Positions 51,351 to 64,000 of a stretch of DNA of 64,000 nucleotides are shown here, piece after piece. The stretch's first letter is position 1, and every line of letters starts with the position of its first letter. This stretch comes from Acanthaster planci (lineage: Eukaryota), in contig NW_019091356.1 of the NCBI RefSeq assembly GCF_001949145.1, positions 4,756,934-4,820,933 of the forward strand, read 5' to 3'. A model generated the notes under the pieces. It saw only the letters and a program-made list of their open reading frames with translations, searched no databases and was not told the DNA's origin. Made by a program: the position numbers and the translations under genes.

Positions 51351-51550
51351 AAAAGTTTAAAATCAACCAATTTACAAATTATCATTATGATTTCTCAATG
51401 AGTAAATCCACAACTTGAAAAGTTTAAAATCAACCAATTTACAAATTATCATTATGATTTCTCAATGAGTAAATCCACAACCTGAAAAAGTTTAAAATCA
51501 ACCAATTTAAAAGTTATCATTATGATTTCTCAATGAGTAAATCCACAACC
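51351..51550. repeat. ~67-bp tandem repeat x3 just downstream of the LOX paralogue B stop codon (probable 3' UTR)
   Basis: AAAAGTTTAAAATCAACCAATTTACAAATTATCATTATGATTTCTCAATGAGTAAATCCACAAC repeated three times almost perfectly. Confidence 0.92.
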
Positions 51551-51640
51551 AACCAAAGTTCATGAATGTGTTTCCCAAACTTACCACTTGTTTATTTTTC
51601 CGTCATGAAACCTACTGGCTAGATATCTCAGCTTCTTCTT

Positions 51641-54600
51641 TTAGATACTGATGGCATTAGGAACCTCCTTGGGATGCAGGTAGGGATAAGGACTAGCTCG
51701 TTGCTGGTTCCTCTTATTGATGATTTCACCGATGCGGAGTAAGTCTTCCTTGAAACTGCAGTCAAACCATGGAATTACCAAATGCTGCGTGATTTTGCCT
51801 AAGATGCTCCAAACTTGAAATAACAGATATACTCACCAGTAACCTATAATTAAAACCCACAGCTCTACAGACTTAAAACCATGATTATTTCCTTGAATGC
51901 ATTGGGTCGTTTTATTCGAATAGATCATTTTCGTTTTTCTTAATGTGAAACATTCCTGATGCAGCTTATGAAAGGATCTGCAGCTGAGTTTTCTAAAACG
52001 TGTCTTTGTAACTGTCATAACGCTTCTCATTGTCTCCTCTGTACAGGCTACTTCAGGCTTATGAGCTACAGTGCCAAGGGCGCTTTTGAGGAATCCTTGG
52101 TGTCATTGCAAGAAATAATGATGATAAAATGACACTCACGCCTTCACTGCTTTGGTGCCAATCGGATCATACAGGTACTGAATTTCGAAGTCACCCAGAG
52201 AGTTAGTCCCTCTGTCACTCAATATCTTGGTTACTACCATGACACTCAACGTCATCTCTTTGTGCGGGAGACAATTCAGCACGTCTTGCTCTGTCCGTGG
52301 ATTCTAAAATGCAGGTGTGTAAAACACATATTGTTCATGATTTCATGCATGAGTCGGTTTGCTGTTTTTGGCACTGTCTGAATCAGTTTAAGAACACTTA
52401 TAACATGAGAGTGTGCATGTATTTCATAAATGGATTTAGAATAATATGTCGAAAGAACTTTTAATAGGAGAATGGCTTCTTGATCACATCCTAAAGTATT
52501 TCACTTAGCATCTTATCTATATCAGTTGAAAAATTGTTAAAGACAAAAAATGTTTCAAAACTGCAGTCTTTCTTCTTAGCAAGCTGTTACCTTGTCCTTG
52601 GGTGGTTGTTCATGCCGCATAAACGCAGGATAATTGGGAGGAAATGCGTACTCATCGTATTGGGCAAAATTAGCGGCGGCATGTCCCACGCTGCTTGTGA
52701 AGATGAGAGCAGTTACAGCATCAGTTAAATCAACCGTCTTGAGAAATTTCCCATTGCCATGAACGCCCTGTGACAAAAATCAAAAAGAAAATTGCAGTAC
52801 TGGATAATGAGGATGGGCCAAAAACCGAAGTATCATTCTCTCCTACCATTTTTGTTGAATCAGTTTGGATTCTCGTGCTGTTGATAGTTGAAGTCAGTGA
52901 CACTATCTCCTATTTGGCAATACGATGACACAAAATTAAGCTCAAACATTATACTTAATTCGCTAATGATGCGCTGTAGATTATGTGAATTCACTTATTG
53001 ATTTCCCCCCACGTGTCGTCTTGCAGAATTGTCAGGTAATTAAAAACACAGGATATTCTTAGACGTTATGACTTGAGCAACAGGTTGCTGTCGTACCTTG
53101 ATTCCACATCCTCCGTCGCCATGACTCTTTGTCAGCAGCTCGGCAAACCCTTGTAACTCGTGGTCCGCGGCCAACTTGTCTGGCGAATCTGAAAGTTGAG
53201 GCAAAGCATGTGAATAATTACTAGAAAAATTATTCATCTCCTTGTAAGACCTTCTGGCGCTTTCTTGGTGGATTTCTTTTACCATACAAACATAATGATG
53301 TCACTATTTGTTTTACGATTGACAGAATTCCTACCATAATGCCCCTCCACAACTTCCGATACATATTTCCTAATAGCCTCATAAAGCAAGACGGCGTCGT
53401 CTCGATAGTGGTACTTAGGAAGTGCTTCAGGGTCGTCAACTCCACGGTTCTTGAGGTCAGCAGGGAGGCTGCCCTCAACGTTCAGACGCCATTCGGAGTT
53501 AGTTCTTGCGTTGATGGCAAACAAACCCTCACGGCCGATAGACATGCACTCATCAACCCAGCCATCTTTGGAGACCAGCTTAGAGAGTGCACGGCTACAA
53601 GTCAGAAAACAAATAGTTTAAACGGTAACCGGGTGTTTCTTGCGCAGAAACTGAATGAATGAATGGTGGAAGATGACGATTACTTCAGGAAACAAATACA
53701 TTGTCTGGCGTCGGAATTTTGCGCTGAGATGAAATTATGAATCATATCCATTTCTACATAGCAAGGGCTCAGTCCATTAATTTAAACATTTTCAGCACAG
53801 ATATTTGACTCCAAGCATCTGAAGCTCCGTGGGGTTGCTGGCATTTCAGCGGAACTCGTTTTACGTTACGCACCTATTGATGGCGAGCAGATAAAGAAAA
53901 TGTGGCGCCAACAGCCTGAATATCGGATGAGAGGGCGAGAGAGTACGATTTGTTGCCACGGCAACCGCCTCCATAACCAAATGAGTGAATCCAAGATGGG
54001 TTGCTGATTGATGAAAGGATGCGTCTGCGTTGTTGAACCACATCTTGGCAAGAATCCAAGTGTACTCTGGATCCGTGGGCAGGAAAACCTGAACAGACAA
54101 AGCAAAATGGAGCCTGTGTCTTGTGTCTGTTATTCATGGTGTAAGTTAACTCAGAAACTGCACCTTTGGACTTTTCATCTAACTGTCTCTTCATCTTTAT
54201 AGAATTTTAGTATCAATCTCTGTAGTTAACCTAGAAAGGGTTAAGCTAGAAAATTGACAAGCACATGATACGGAAATGTAACAAATCAAACTCATACCTT
54301 GAAAAAGAAAAATTACCAAAACTTGAATCTCTAATACATTCTCAATGCTGAAAATAAGCGCTATACTCAGGAATGGCCAACAACAAAAGCTTGAAGGACT
54401 TCAATGCACACTTGAGGGAGGCCGACTACTGAGTTCATGAGTAATCTGATGAATTTCGGATAATACCTGTTCACTTCAACTGACATTCGACTTAGAATAA
54501 TGGTAACTTTACACCCCTACTTTGCCTCTGAGTGACACAAAGCTTACGCCTACCGGGTTATCGTCAGCAGGGTCCTGGTAGAGTTGGATGGCAACAGGCA

Positions 54601-57600
54601 TCAGGTTTAACTCTTTGTTGACAAAGAAAAGAGCGATGGGAGCACAGATCTAATGTGGATATAAAAAAAAATCAAGAATTCTTTCCAAACACTAACTGTA
54701 TGGAACAAAGACCATTTGCAGCTAAATCCACAAATATCCAATTATCCTTCCAATATCAAGTCTAGTCTGCATTCGATGTACTTTGTATATGACACGTTGT
54801 GCGATTGAGTGAAGTTTGAAAACAGTTCACAGGCAGTTCTTTGTCAAGTGAACTTATCATGGCCAAGCGTGCGTGTTTTACCATAGGAAAGTGCCCATGT
54901 TAACAAAAAAGGTAACACCATCAGAGTATAGGCCTGGGACTATTACCTTTCTGCCGTAGCTGCATGGTAGATCTTTGAGAATCTTGTAGTTCAGGATATA
55001 AAGTCTCTTGGAGTCAATCGCCTCTTGAATGGTTAAATTTTCCATCAAGGGCTTCAGCATGGCATCATCAACTGCAAGACTGATAGTTTTCATTATCTGA
55101 AGTTAGGAACAACTGGTAACACGTATTGGGGCAATAGTCAGTAGCGAGTTTCTAATTTTGATTACTGTGTTACAGTGATTAGATAATTACGAAGAGACAA
55201 AACAGATTCTTGGAATATTCGCATCGAAAGAATCGAATCTTTACATGTTTTTCGAAGCCGATGTTATATAATCGGTATTTTGAAGTGCTCTTTGAAATGT
55301 CGGTCATGCAAACTCAAGAATTGAAATAGTGTAATCTATCGTACAAGATTTTCACCTATTGTAGAATTCGCCGCCATAAAGACGGAGCTTCAATCTTTAA
55401 ATTTTTGAAACTTTTAGAATAGGAAGGTACGTATCCTTACACAAAACTAAACTTACTTGTGAGGTATCTCAGTACATCGCCTGATTTGGTTGGGATTACA
55501 ACCGACCAACTTCTGAGATCCAAACTCAATATCAGATCTCCAATTGTGTGTTCCCTGCCAATGAACATTGATCATTAACCAAAATAGCACCCCTGAGAAG
55601 CCTCCTGCTGTTGGAGGATTCCATGCTGTCTGGTTGTTTTATAAAAATAATAAATGAAAGCTGGAATGTTATAAAGCCGTAAAAGCTTGGACTTTCACCT
55701 TGGGTTAGTTCCTCTTGGATTTTAAGCTCGAGCAACATTACGAAATCATAATGTAACAAGGGCGTTAAACTTAAAATGTCTACTCAAAACTGTTTTAGAA
55801 AGTTGCTCAGCCATTAGTTTTGCAACAGTTTTCTGTGGGACGAATGTTTATAGAAATTGCTATCAAGGATGTCTGCACGCGGACACACAGTAAAGTCGTC
55901 TTCATATGAAGGAGCAATAGGCTTGGAAGAAGTGGTGACTCACGTAAGGCAGCGGAAGGCTTTTGTTGTACACTTTTACAATGTCATCCAGGCTCTTCCA
56001 AGGCTCTGACGTCAGACCGATTATTTTGCTCTGAAGGAGAAGCTTCAATTTCATCTTAGTGATGTCCCACTGTTCGGAAGAAGAGGTTCTTTACAAAAGT
56101 GTTTTGCTAAACTTAACTTTGAAAAAATTTAATCTTAAAAAAATGCCAGACGGCTTAACAGGTTTATACGTTTAACTTTGGCAAATTTTGAAGACTTTCG
56201 AGCCATCAACCCGTCTCGGCGAACAGTTTTTAAAGTCACCAGTTTGTGACCACTTCACATAGGCCTAGACGTCGAATTTATTCAAGAGGAGAGCTGGTTT
56301 ATATAAGTTAAGCTCATTTACCTTGTAATCATCAGAGAATGCCTCCTCATCCGGAAGAATCTTGACCTGAAAGAAAAACATGAAAACTTTGGAACTACAA
56401 TAACGATTTATCTGGTTTTGCAGTAGCGTCGTAAAGAGTGAACAAAAATTGAAGACTGTGGCTCTATTTTTTATAAGCTGCAGGGTTTTGCAATTCGTAC
56501 AACAGCTTCGACTATCACTTGTGCTTGTATCAATATTTTGTTTAACTACGCAGCGCACTCGGTAGGTCAAAGGGCAACAACCTTACTTGCGGAAGCAAAC
56601 CCTCCTGCTTAACCTCCATCTCATATTTCGTCTTCTTTTCCATCAATTCCTGATGGCGTTGTTCCTTGTTCATATCGTGTTGTGGGAGCAAGCAGTCGTA
56701 CTTGACAAAAACAAGGCGCGTATTTGCCTTGATCCAGCGATGTATAGGGAAGACAGTAGTCTCGCTGTTGGCAGAATCCATCACCTGTGCACAGGGAGAA
56801 TGGTGAGCACTCAATTCTGATGAAAGTATTTCTTCTCAGCATCATTACTTCTGATACTATTAGAAACAATGACAGAAGAGTGCTTCGTAATATGTGTTTC
56901 CTTTCTGCATTATCAATTCGGGGCAAAATGGCCCCTCGAAGCCTCCTCACGGGGGAGACTGTATATTGGCCTAAATTTTAGTTCACCCTTCTGATGATGA
57001 CTTCCACGGGTAAACTGACCATAAAAAAACAGGCATTGTCCTTTCTTATACTGGCACGGTACGAATTTTTATTCAGGTAAACAAATACTACATCATAGTG
57101 AAACAAAATTAAATAGAACTGGCAGACAGAAATAGGTAATCATTCAATTTTGCAGCGGCCGATTCTATGATCTCTCCATCCTATGAAGTAAACTTCTATC
57201 CTTCTAAAGTTGCAGAAAATCTGTTAAAAGAGAAATCCCGAAATACTAAGACTAGTTTTCCAACCTAGGGCTGGATGAACAGACTCTCGAGTCACAGTGT
57301 TTTTCACTTTTGTTTATCCTGGCCACCCTAGATTGGATTGTCTTTCGTCCCTTTACCCAAACCGCCCGCACCCTACCCTCTCCCCCCTACCTTCCCCAAA
57401 CCCCTCCCCTCCCCACCCCTTCCATACCCAATCCACACTGTCCCCTCTCTCCACATAGTGCGTTCAGCTGATTGTTAATTTATACTTTTTTATCTCTTTG
57501 CATATGTTCATGTGGCGCCTTTTGTTTTGTCTGAACAGGCCGATATGAAATGGCCGAATAAATACTAATAGCAATAGTGATAAAGTTAAATATATAATTG

Positions 57601-60372
57601 TCATTTGCTTCATAGAGCATTGTTCTGCATCGTTAAATTTTATGGCTGTTTTAAAATGAATTTTGTTCTGCTGGTACATATAATGTGTATTTTTGTGCCA
57701 TAAATATTCATGTACAAACTGTAGCGCGTCATTGGCCAATTTTGCCACGCATCAGGGAAGTAGAACTGATGCGCGCTAAGGTGACGTCATCCCGGTGAGT
57801 ATTCAGCTCGCTGCCGTGCGGTAGTATTTTGCTGGAAGCACAAAAAAATTCCCACTGGGACCCACCTGGAAGACAAGTAGTCTGTACACGTAGTTCTCAC
57901 CAGCCATGCGGAACCCTGCAGCTCCGAACTTTGAATTTTTTATTTTGTCAATTTGCTCATGAATAATTTGAGGTGTAGTAAACCCATAAAGCAAGGAGTG
58001 GTCTCCGTAAAGTAAGACTATAATTATGCTCCACGTATTATGTCCATATACTATTGTAAAAGAATTACCCAATCTAACTTTGCTTTCCTTAAGCAGAGTC
58101 TTTCAATTGTTCTCTGTGAGAAGGCGTGGTTTCTGATATACAGAAAAAACATTGTTGTTCCAGTCCCTAAGTCAAATCCCCAAATATCGAACAGTTAAGA
58201 CCTATTGCCTTAACTTTTCTTTTGCAAAACTGGTTGAGGATTCTGTGGTTAACTGGACAGATAATGACATTACTCCTTCATTAGACACATATCAGTTTGG
58301 TCTATTAAAGGGATCGTCAACTACTTCTTGCCTTATTAAATTGCTTGACGTGTATAGAGAAACTGACAATCCTAAAACATCTGGCGTAGTTGTCACAACT
58401 GATAAAGGCTTTTGATATAGAGTCAGCCACAAGCTGGTTGTGAACAAGTTTTTTTAAGGCTCGGCGTCAGACCCTGCATTATTCCGTGGATATGCAGTTC
58501 CCTTCTAATCGATCAAAGTGCCTCCGTTGGAATATATCTGACTGGGTTACAACCAACGCAAGTGTCCCACAGGGCACAAAAATGGCACCCATCTCATTTC
58601 TAGCCATGATTAACGACAGCAAACTTGTTAATCCAAGTGTTACTCAATACAAACATGTCGATGACATGACTCTTTTCTTGCCTTTTGATGTTGGTGATAC
58701 AGCTATCATGCAAAAGTAACTACTGCCTCCAGCATTGGTCTAACAACAATATGATGCTGTTAAATCCGATTAAGTGCAATTTCGTGACTATTGGCTTCCA
58801 ACAGAATCCTGTTACACAAGTTTTACACATCGGAAGCTCGTCTCTTAATCCAAAGAGTTGTCTTAAACTTTTGGGCATACATGTCCGATCCAAGACAAAC
58901 TCAAAGAGGGATGCTTAAGTTAACAGTGTGCATAAATCATTTTACCGTAAACTGTATTTCTAAGACAACTGAAGCGTTATAATATACCCATGTGTGTCCT
59001 TAGAACTGTTTATGTCCAGTATATTAGGCCTGTTGTAAAATATGGTTCTCCAGTGTGGATTTCTGGCTTGCCCAAGACACAACTAGAAGGTTTAGAGAAA
59101 ATGCCGAGAAAAGTGTTTTGGATCATCCTCACTAATATGATCACTGCAGAAGCCATACGTACGATACGATTTGTAATGAATTAGACATTCCACCGATATC
59201 CAAAAGACTGAAGACGTTGACCTGACTTTTGGCAGGTCACCCGTCAATTCTAATAAATTTTGTGATTGGCTTCCCTTTCTCAGAAATTACAGTATCAGAA
59301 ATTCCCATCGTCTTACAAGGATTAGTGTAGAACCAGCAGGTATCAAAACAGCAGTGTTCCATCGGCCACCAGGTTACTAAAATCAATGAGCGTATTTTTT
59401 AATTTTTGAGCGTGCTCTAACCCATAACCTAGAGTGATTTTGTTTTTGATCATGAAATTAGTGTTTAAAGTTAATTTATTTTGACTTTCAGGACTCCTGT
59501 GTTTGTTTTTACTTTCTATGTGACATTTTAGTGTTCTGTTTGGTGCTCCTGGCGTCGTGTTAACAATTTTAGACTATATTTTCGAACTTTTAGACTTTTT
59601 ATTACTTGCAATATTTATTACAATATATTTATTTTTTCAGCAATAAGTTATAACTAGTGTAAGTGCAATTCAACCTCCGAGTTGCCGTTCTGTATCCGAT
59701 TTAATAATAATAAACCAATAATAATAACAACAATAACCCGTGAAACCTTATAAAATGTACTCGTTACCAAAATATATAGAAAGCATCTTTACAGCAGACG
59801 GTGAGGAACTCATTTGTGCCAAAAAATGTACGAGCAAAATGAGATTTTGCAACCTCCAATTGATATGGATTATAATGATTAACTGAATAACACAGTTTCG
59901 CTATCCAGCAGCGTATCCCCAACACCTGTTGCCGATTTGAAAAGAATCAGGAATTGAAAGCACTAGCATTTGAAACGCACCATGTTATCTGGGGCATTGG
60001 GAATTCTAATACATGTACAGGTGAAAAAAAAGTCTATTTGGGAAGTACGTAATTTCACCATACCCGGATATGCTAATATCACAATCCTATACCCACCTCT
60101 ATTTTCTCGACGAACCAGCTATCAAAAAGCCCTCGGCTGTCTCTCCACAGCTCGATCTTATCGATCCTTCCGAAATTGGCCAGATTCTCAACCGGGAATT
60201 GATCGGTATTCCCTCTCTCAAAGTCATCCCGCCACAAGTTGTCTAAAGCGATATCCCTTGACCTGATTTGGGCGTCGTTGATCAAGGCTATTTTGACATT
60301 GGCATCTGTGCCTGCTCCTTTAACGTCGCCCGTTTTGATAACGATAAGGTAATTTTCACTTGTACTTTCCAT
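51641..60372 (-). CDS. Lipoxygenase paralogue B (PLAT + non-heme iron LOX domain), ~664 aa, 13 exons
   Basis: Exons 60372-60097, 56784-56587, 56366-56322, 56069-55944, 55554-55457, 55079-54947, 54649-54554, 54088-53874, 53594-53335, 53188-53097, 52767-52591, 52303-52140, 51755-51641 (1995 nt). Exons 2-13 have the same lengths as in paralogue A. Motifs: [35 protein letters not shown]. Confidence 0.95.
58070..59736 (+). mobile_element. 5'-truncated, decayed non-LTR retrotransposon (CR1/L2-group LINE) in LOX B intron 1, antisense to the gene
   Basis: Frameshifted RT remnants: [55 protein letters not shown] (YxDD equivalent), [32 protein letters not shown]. An (AAT/AAC)n tail lies at ~59703-59736. 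Confidence 0.88.
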
Positions 60373-63300
60373 AATGTTGAACCGTCAAGCCACGTGCAGA
60401 CATATACACTCACGAATGTAACCTATTGGGTTTACGACTTGCACCCGCGCGGCACCTTAAGTTCAGTCAGTAATGCGTTGAATAAACGAGACGATCAATT
60501 TATCCAGACGGAGCAGGACTTACTGACCCCTTGTCTCAAGCAAATTGCAAGGGAAAACGCCAGGCGCTTGTACAGTACAGATTTCAAAACAAAAAACCAA
60601 CAAACAAAACAGAAGCTCTTCAACAGGTAGTAGCTAGCACAAACATACACGGCTTCACAAGCATGAATTTATGCTGTAAATCAACGTTCACAGTCATTGA
60701 CATAGAAGAGCTACCAACCATGAACTGCAGACATTCAGTTGTTAAATGCGTTAGTACATTGCACAAACAAGTTTTTTCCCTAGCGACTCTAGACTTGGCG
60801 ACTAGTCAGTGATTAGTTTTTTAATTCTCCGTATTATTACTAGAATTACTAGATAACTAGAAATTAGTAGAATTACTAGATAACTAGAAAAATGTGCCGC
60901 CGAATATTGGTTGAATAAGATTTTTTCTCTCTTAAGAATTCGCTATCCCCGAGAGAAACAACACATCATGGAGACTGGCTTTGTATATAGTACATGTACC
61001 AAACAACACATGCCAAAACGAACGCTGATTGCAAGTACAGTAAGATATCACACGTCAAATTAATACAAAATTTTTGGATGTGTAAAATAGGCCTAATCCA
61101 ATTCTAGGGCAAGGTAGGGGTAATTGCCACCAGGGGAAAAGGTTTCCAGTTTTGTGCTCAACATAGGGGAATCGTTGGCAAATTTTACGCGAGCACTGTA
61201 ATTTGTTCAGATTTCAGAGTGGATAAGTTAGATTCTCAGACAACACACGAGTGAGTAACGACTTGTCACCAAGTCTAAAGTGACCCAGACGATGAACTCT
61301 TGGTTTGTGATGGAAGTCTCAGTTTCTCAAAAAAGTCACGCCTGGTTAACTTTTATGTGCCGTGAGTAGACAATGGGTCGTATGAAAACTAGCAAATGCT
61401 GTGAAGTTCAAGCAAACAGCAAAAACATTTACTGAGAAGTAAAACCATTAAGAATAAGAAAAGGCTATTCAGCAAATGCTATTCAGCATCTACTGGTCTA
61501 AATATTAGCAAATGATTTATGATTGTGGCTGACTGCACAGCCGAATGGTTTTGCATAACAGGGCTTCCGTTGTCTGCACGCACAAACGCACGCACAGCGC
61601 AACACGGTGCTGTATCTTGAGACCTCAGCATGGCAGATAAGCAAGATGGCAGTAATTTTGATCGCATAAACCTCGATGAAGAAAATTGCTCTACCACTCG
61701 TAAATCGGTACAACTGCCTGCATACAACCTTTCCTTTCTAATACGACATTCATGAACGCTGCCATTTTGAACATTAGTAAATGCTCCTCGTTTTCAAGCT
61801 TGCCCTGACCAGTCTTCATTTCTCTCTTCATTTCTTTCACTTCCCTTTCGCTGGCCTTTCCTAGTTTTCCATTCTTTCCCCCTGGGGGGTATTACAATAA
61901 GTCCCCCACGCTCCTCCCTATCCAATGCCTATAGGGAACTTCTTGTTCTCATACAAGGCAGATAGGTAAAGAAATCAAAACGTTTGAGTTTCCACTGGTT
62001 TCCATGGCCCTTTTCCCATTTATGTATCGTCTCGACGCATTTGAATAGGTGTTCAAAAGCCAGCCCGTATACTTCTTCCAAAGGATAAATTATTTTCAAG
62101 TGTACCCGTAGCACATAGCTTGAAACTGGAAAGAAAAAGACCCGTGACAGTTGAGATCGGTGTAGTTACAGAATCATATCAACGCAGAGAAACCAGTAGC
62201 AAGTGCTCTAAATGTGTGGCCACGCCTTTCGCCATGAATACCGAAACAGTCTGATTTCCACTGTCATGAAAATCTGTTTTGTTTGCTGCTCAGCGTATTT
62301 AGGATATGACTGAAGCACAGTGTGGCTTACTAAGTCGTCCCGGGCGGAATAAACCTCAACAGTAATACATGGGTGCAGACCAATAATTCAAGTGAGAATT
62401 TCTGGCCAGCTCATTAGCATTAAAAGTGCCCCCACAGTATCTTTTGAACAAGGAGATTATTTGGCCCCCAAAATGGTGAAATTGTGTAAATTCTTGCCAG
62501 GATCAACTCCCTAGGTCTTTGAGCTTTCATATGAGAGCAGAATGGCTAAAAATTACGGTTGAAAAATGGTCCCAAGTGCCCGAGAAAGTTGAGGGTTGCC
62601 ACCTGAAAAATGGCTGCAATCAGACTTCGGGAAAATCATTTTTGGGGGTTGATTTTGTTTTGTGGGAATAATCAAAAATGTAATTGGCTTAAAACCCTGG
62701 AACGCTTTTATAAATTTTCTTTACAGGGTCTCTAGACCGGCCTCGCCAGGTGAGTCCGTATCATTTCTCAGGGTTGCAGAGCCCTGAGTCCGTCCTGAAG
62801 GTAAATAAATGCTTCAGTGGTTGTCCCCTAGCCTCTACAGCTCTGAAAAACCACCATAAGTACATCACAGTACCGGGGGGGGGCGTAATCCCAGACTATC
62901 CGATTTGAGGGGGGGGGGCCTCGACACACGCCAGCCAAGCCACACCACCACCACAACACCCCCCAACCCCCCAACCAAAATAACACTTCAGAGACAGCCG
63001 AAAGTTCCAGGCAAGTTCCAGACAGCTGTCACTGATAAAAAACATTCCACTGTCTGCCCCAGGCACCGTTTTGTAAACAATCCATTAGATTGTACACAAG
63101 GGGCCACTTAGCACAGAGTCTTATGGGAGTTGGCTGGAGGCTGGCTGGATTTTTTCTTTTTTTTTCTGGCTAGGGGAGGCCCTGGCTGTAAAGTGACTAA
63201 ACCAGGTTTTTCATCAGGTACAGGGGTAGGATATGATAAATAGTTGTTGCATTTGGACGAAAAAAAACACAATTTAATTAGCTAAAACGGACTCGCCAAA

Positions 63301-64000
63301 AGAGGCCGCTCATTCTACCGATTTTAAACCACCAAAAATTGAAAAGAAATTGAAAGATTAGTTACCAGACAAGAATTTCATTTGTGTTTCAGAAATCTCA
63401 GGGATGTTGGCGTGCATGTTATTGGGCCCTGAACAGTCCTGATTTTACACTGTTTTCAATGGGGATTGAATTAGTGGACTGTACCCACATACGCTTCCAT
63501 AGCTTTTCCCTATCCTATAAACTGTGTGACAAGTATCACAGTGGCACGTCTAAGTGGCTGAACTGCCAACCCCATTATCATGCTGCATGGGGTACGTCAC
63601 GTCCCTGCCCAACAGTACTGGCACAGAATTCATTTCCTAGCGCCCTCTATCGCGAAGCATGCGAAAGACGTGTTTAAAGGCGATTATTGAGGACTGGTAA
63701 TCTGCATGTTGAAAGTGAGTTGCATTTTCATTTTTATGTGTTTGTGTTACGGTGACTATACACACTTCAAGTGGTGTTACGCAAACTCCATCGAGATCCA
63801 TTAATCATAATCCTGCGAACCTTTTTGCAACTCTCAACTTGATTTAAAAGGGGAAAGTTAACAGTGCCGCAGCCGAAGATGTGATGATTTTGATTTTAAA
63901 AAAGATAATAATTACTTCAAAGTAATTTGGAATTTTTTGTCATATAATATTGGCCAACTTTTATGAAATATTTCATTCACTGGTGTCTTCTGATACAGGA

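Noticed and set aside
54226..54244. TTAACCTAGAAAGGGTTAA resembling a piggyBac end
   Set aside because: Too short to distinguish from chance.
62330..63400. Possible non-autonomous DNA transposon
   Set aside because: Composition is suggestive, but I could not identify convincing terminal inverted repeats or a target duplication.

Overview
Gene-dense eukaryotic (animal) genomic window with two assembly gaps (1303-1480, 21019-21637). It is probably from a marine invertebrate deuterostome such as an echinoderm; this is inferred from gene and repeat style only. Manual splicing of GT-AG exons gives seven apparently intact intron-containing genes and one pseudogene, in order: PNKD/glyoxalase-II-like hydrolase (+, 347 aa); SPAK/OSR1 (STK39/OXSR1) kinase (+, 532 aa); OLAH-like type II thioesterase (-, 256 aa, with a ~180-bp satellite in intron 1); decayed CYP4-clan P450 pseudogene (-); GALNT5-like GalNAc transferase (+, 750 aa); SLC16/MCT transporter (+, 442 aa, needing a GC donor); and two tandem PLAT+lipoxygenase paralogues (-, 671 and 664 aa, identical exon structure). 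Repeats include a LINE remnant, a tRNA-derived SINE, several MITEs and tandem arrays. The most interesting, still hypothetical, signal is a neighbourhood of fatty-acid/oxylipin genes (thioesterase II, CYP4, MCT, two LOX). Both LOX carry Ala at the stereo-determining site, and only one has an MGNAC lipidation-type N-terminus.
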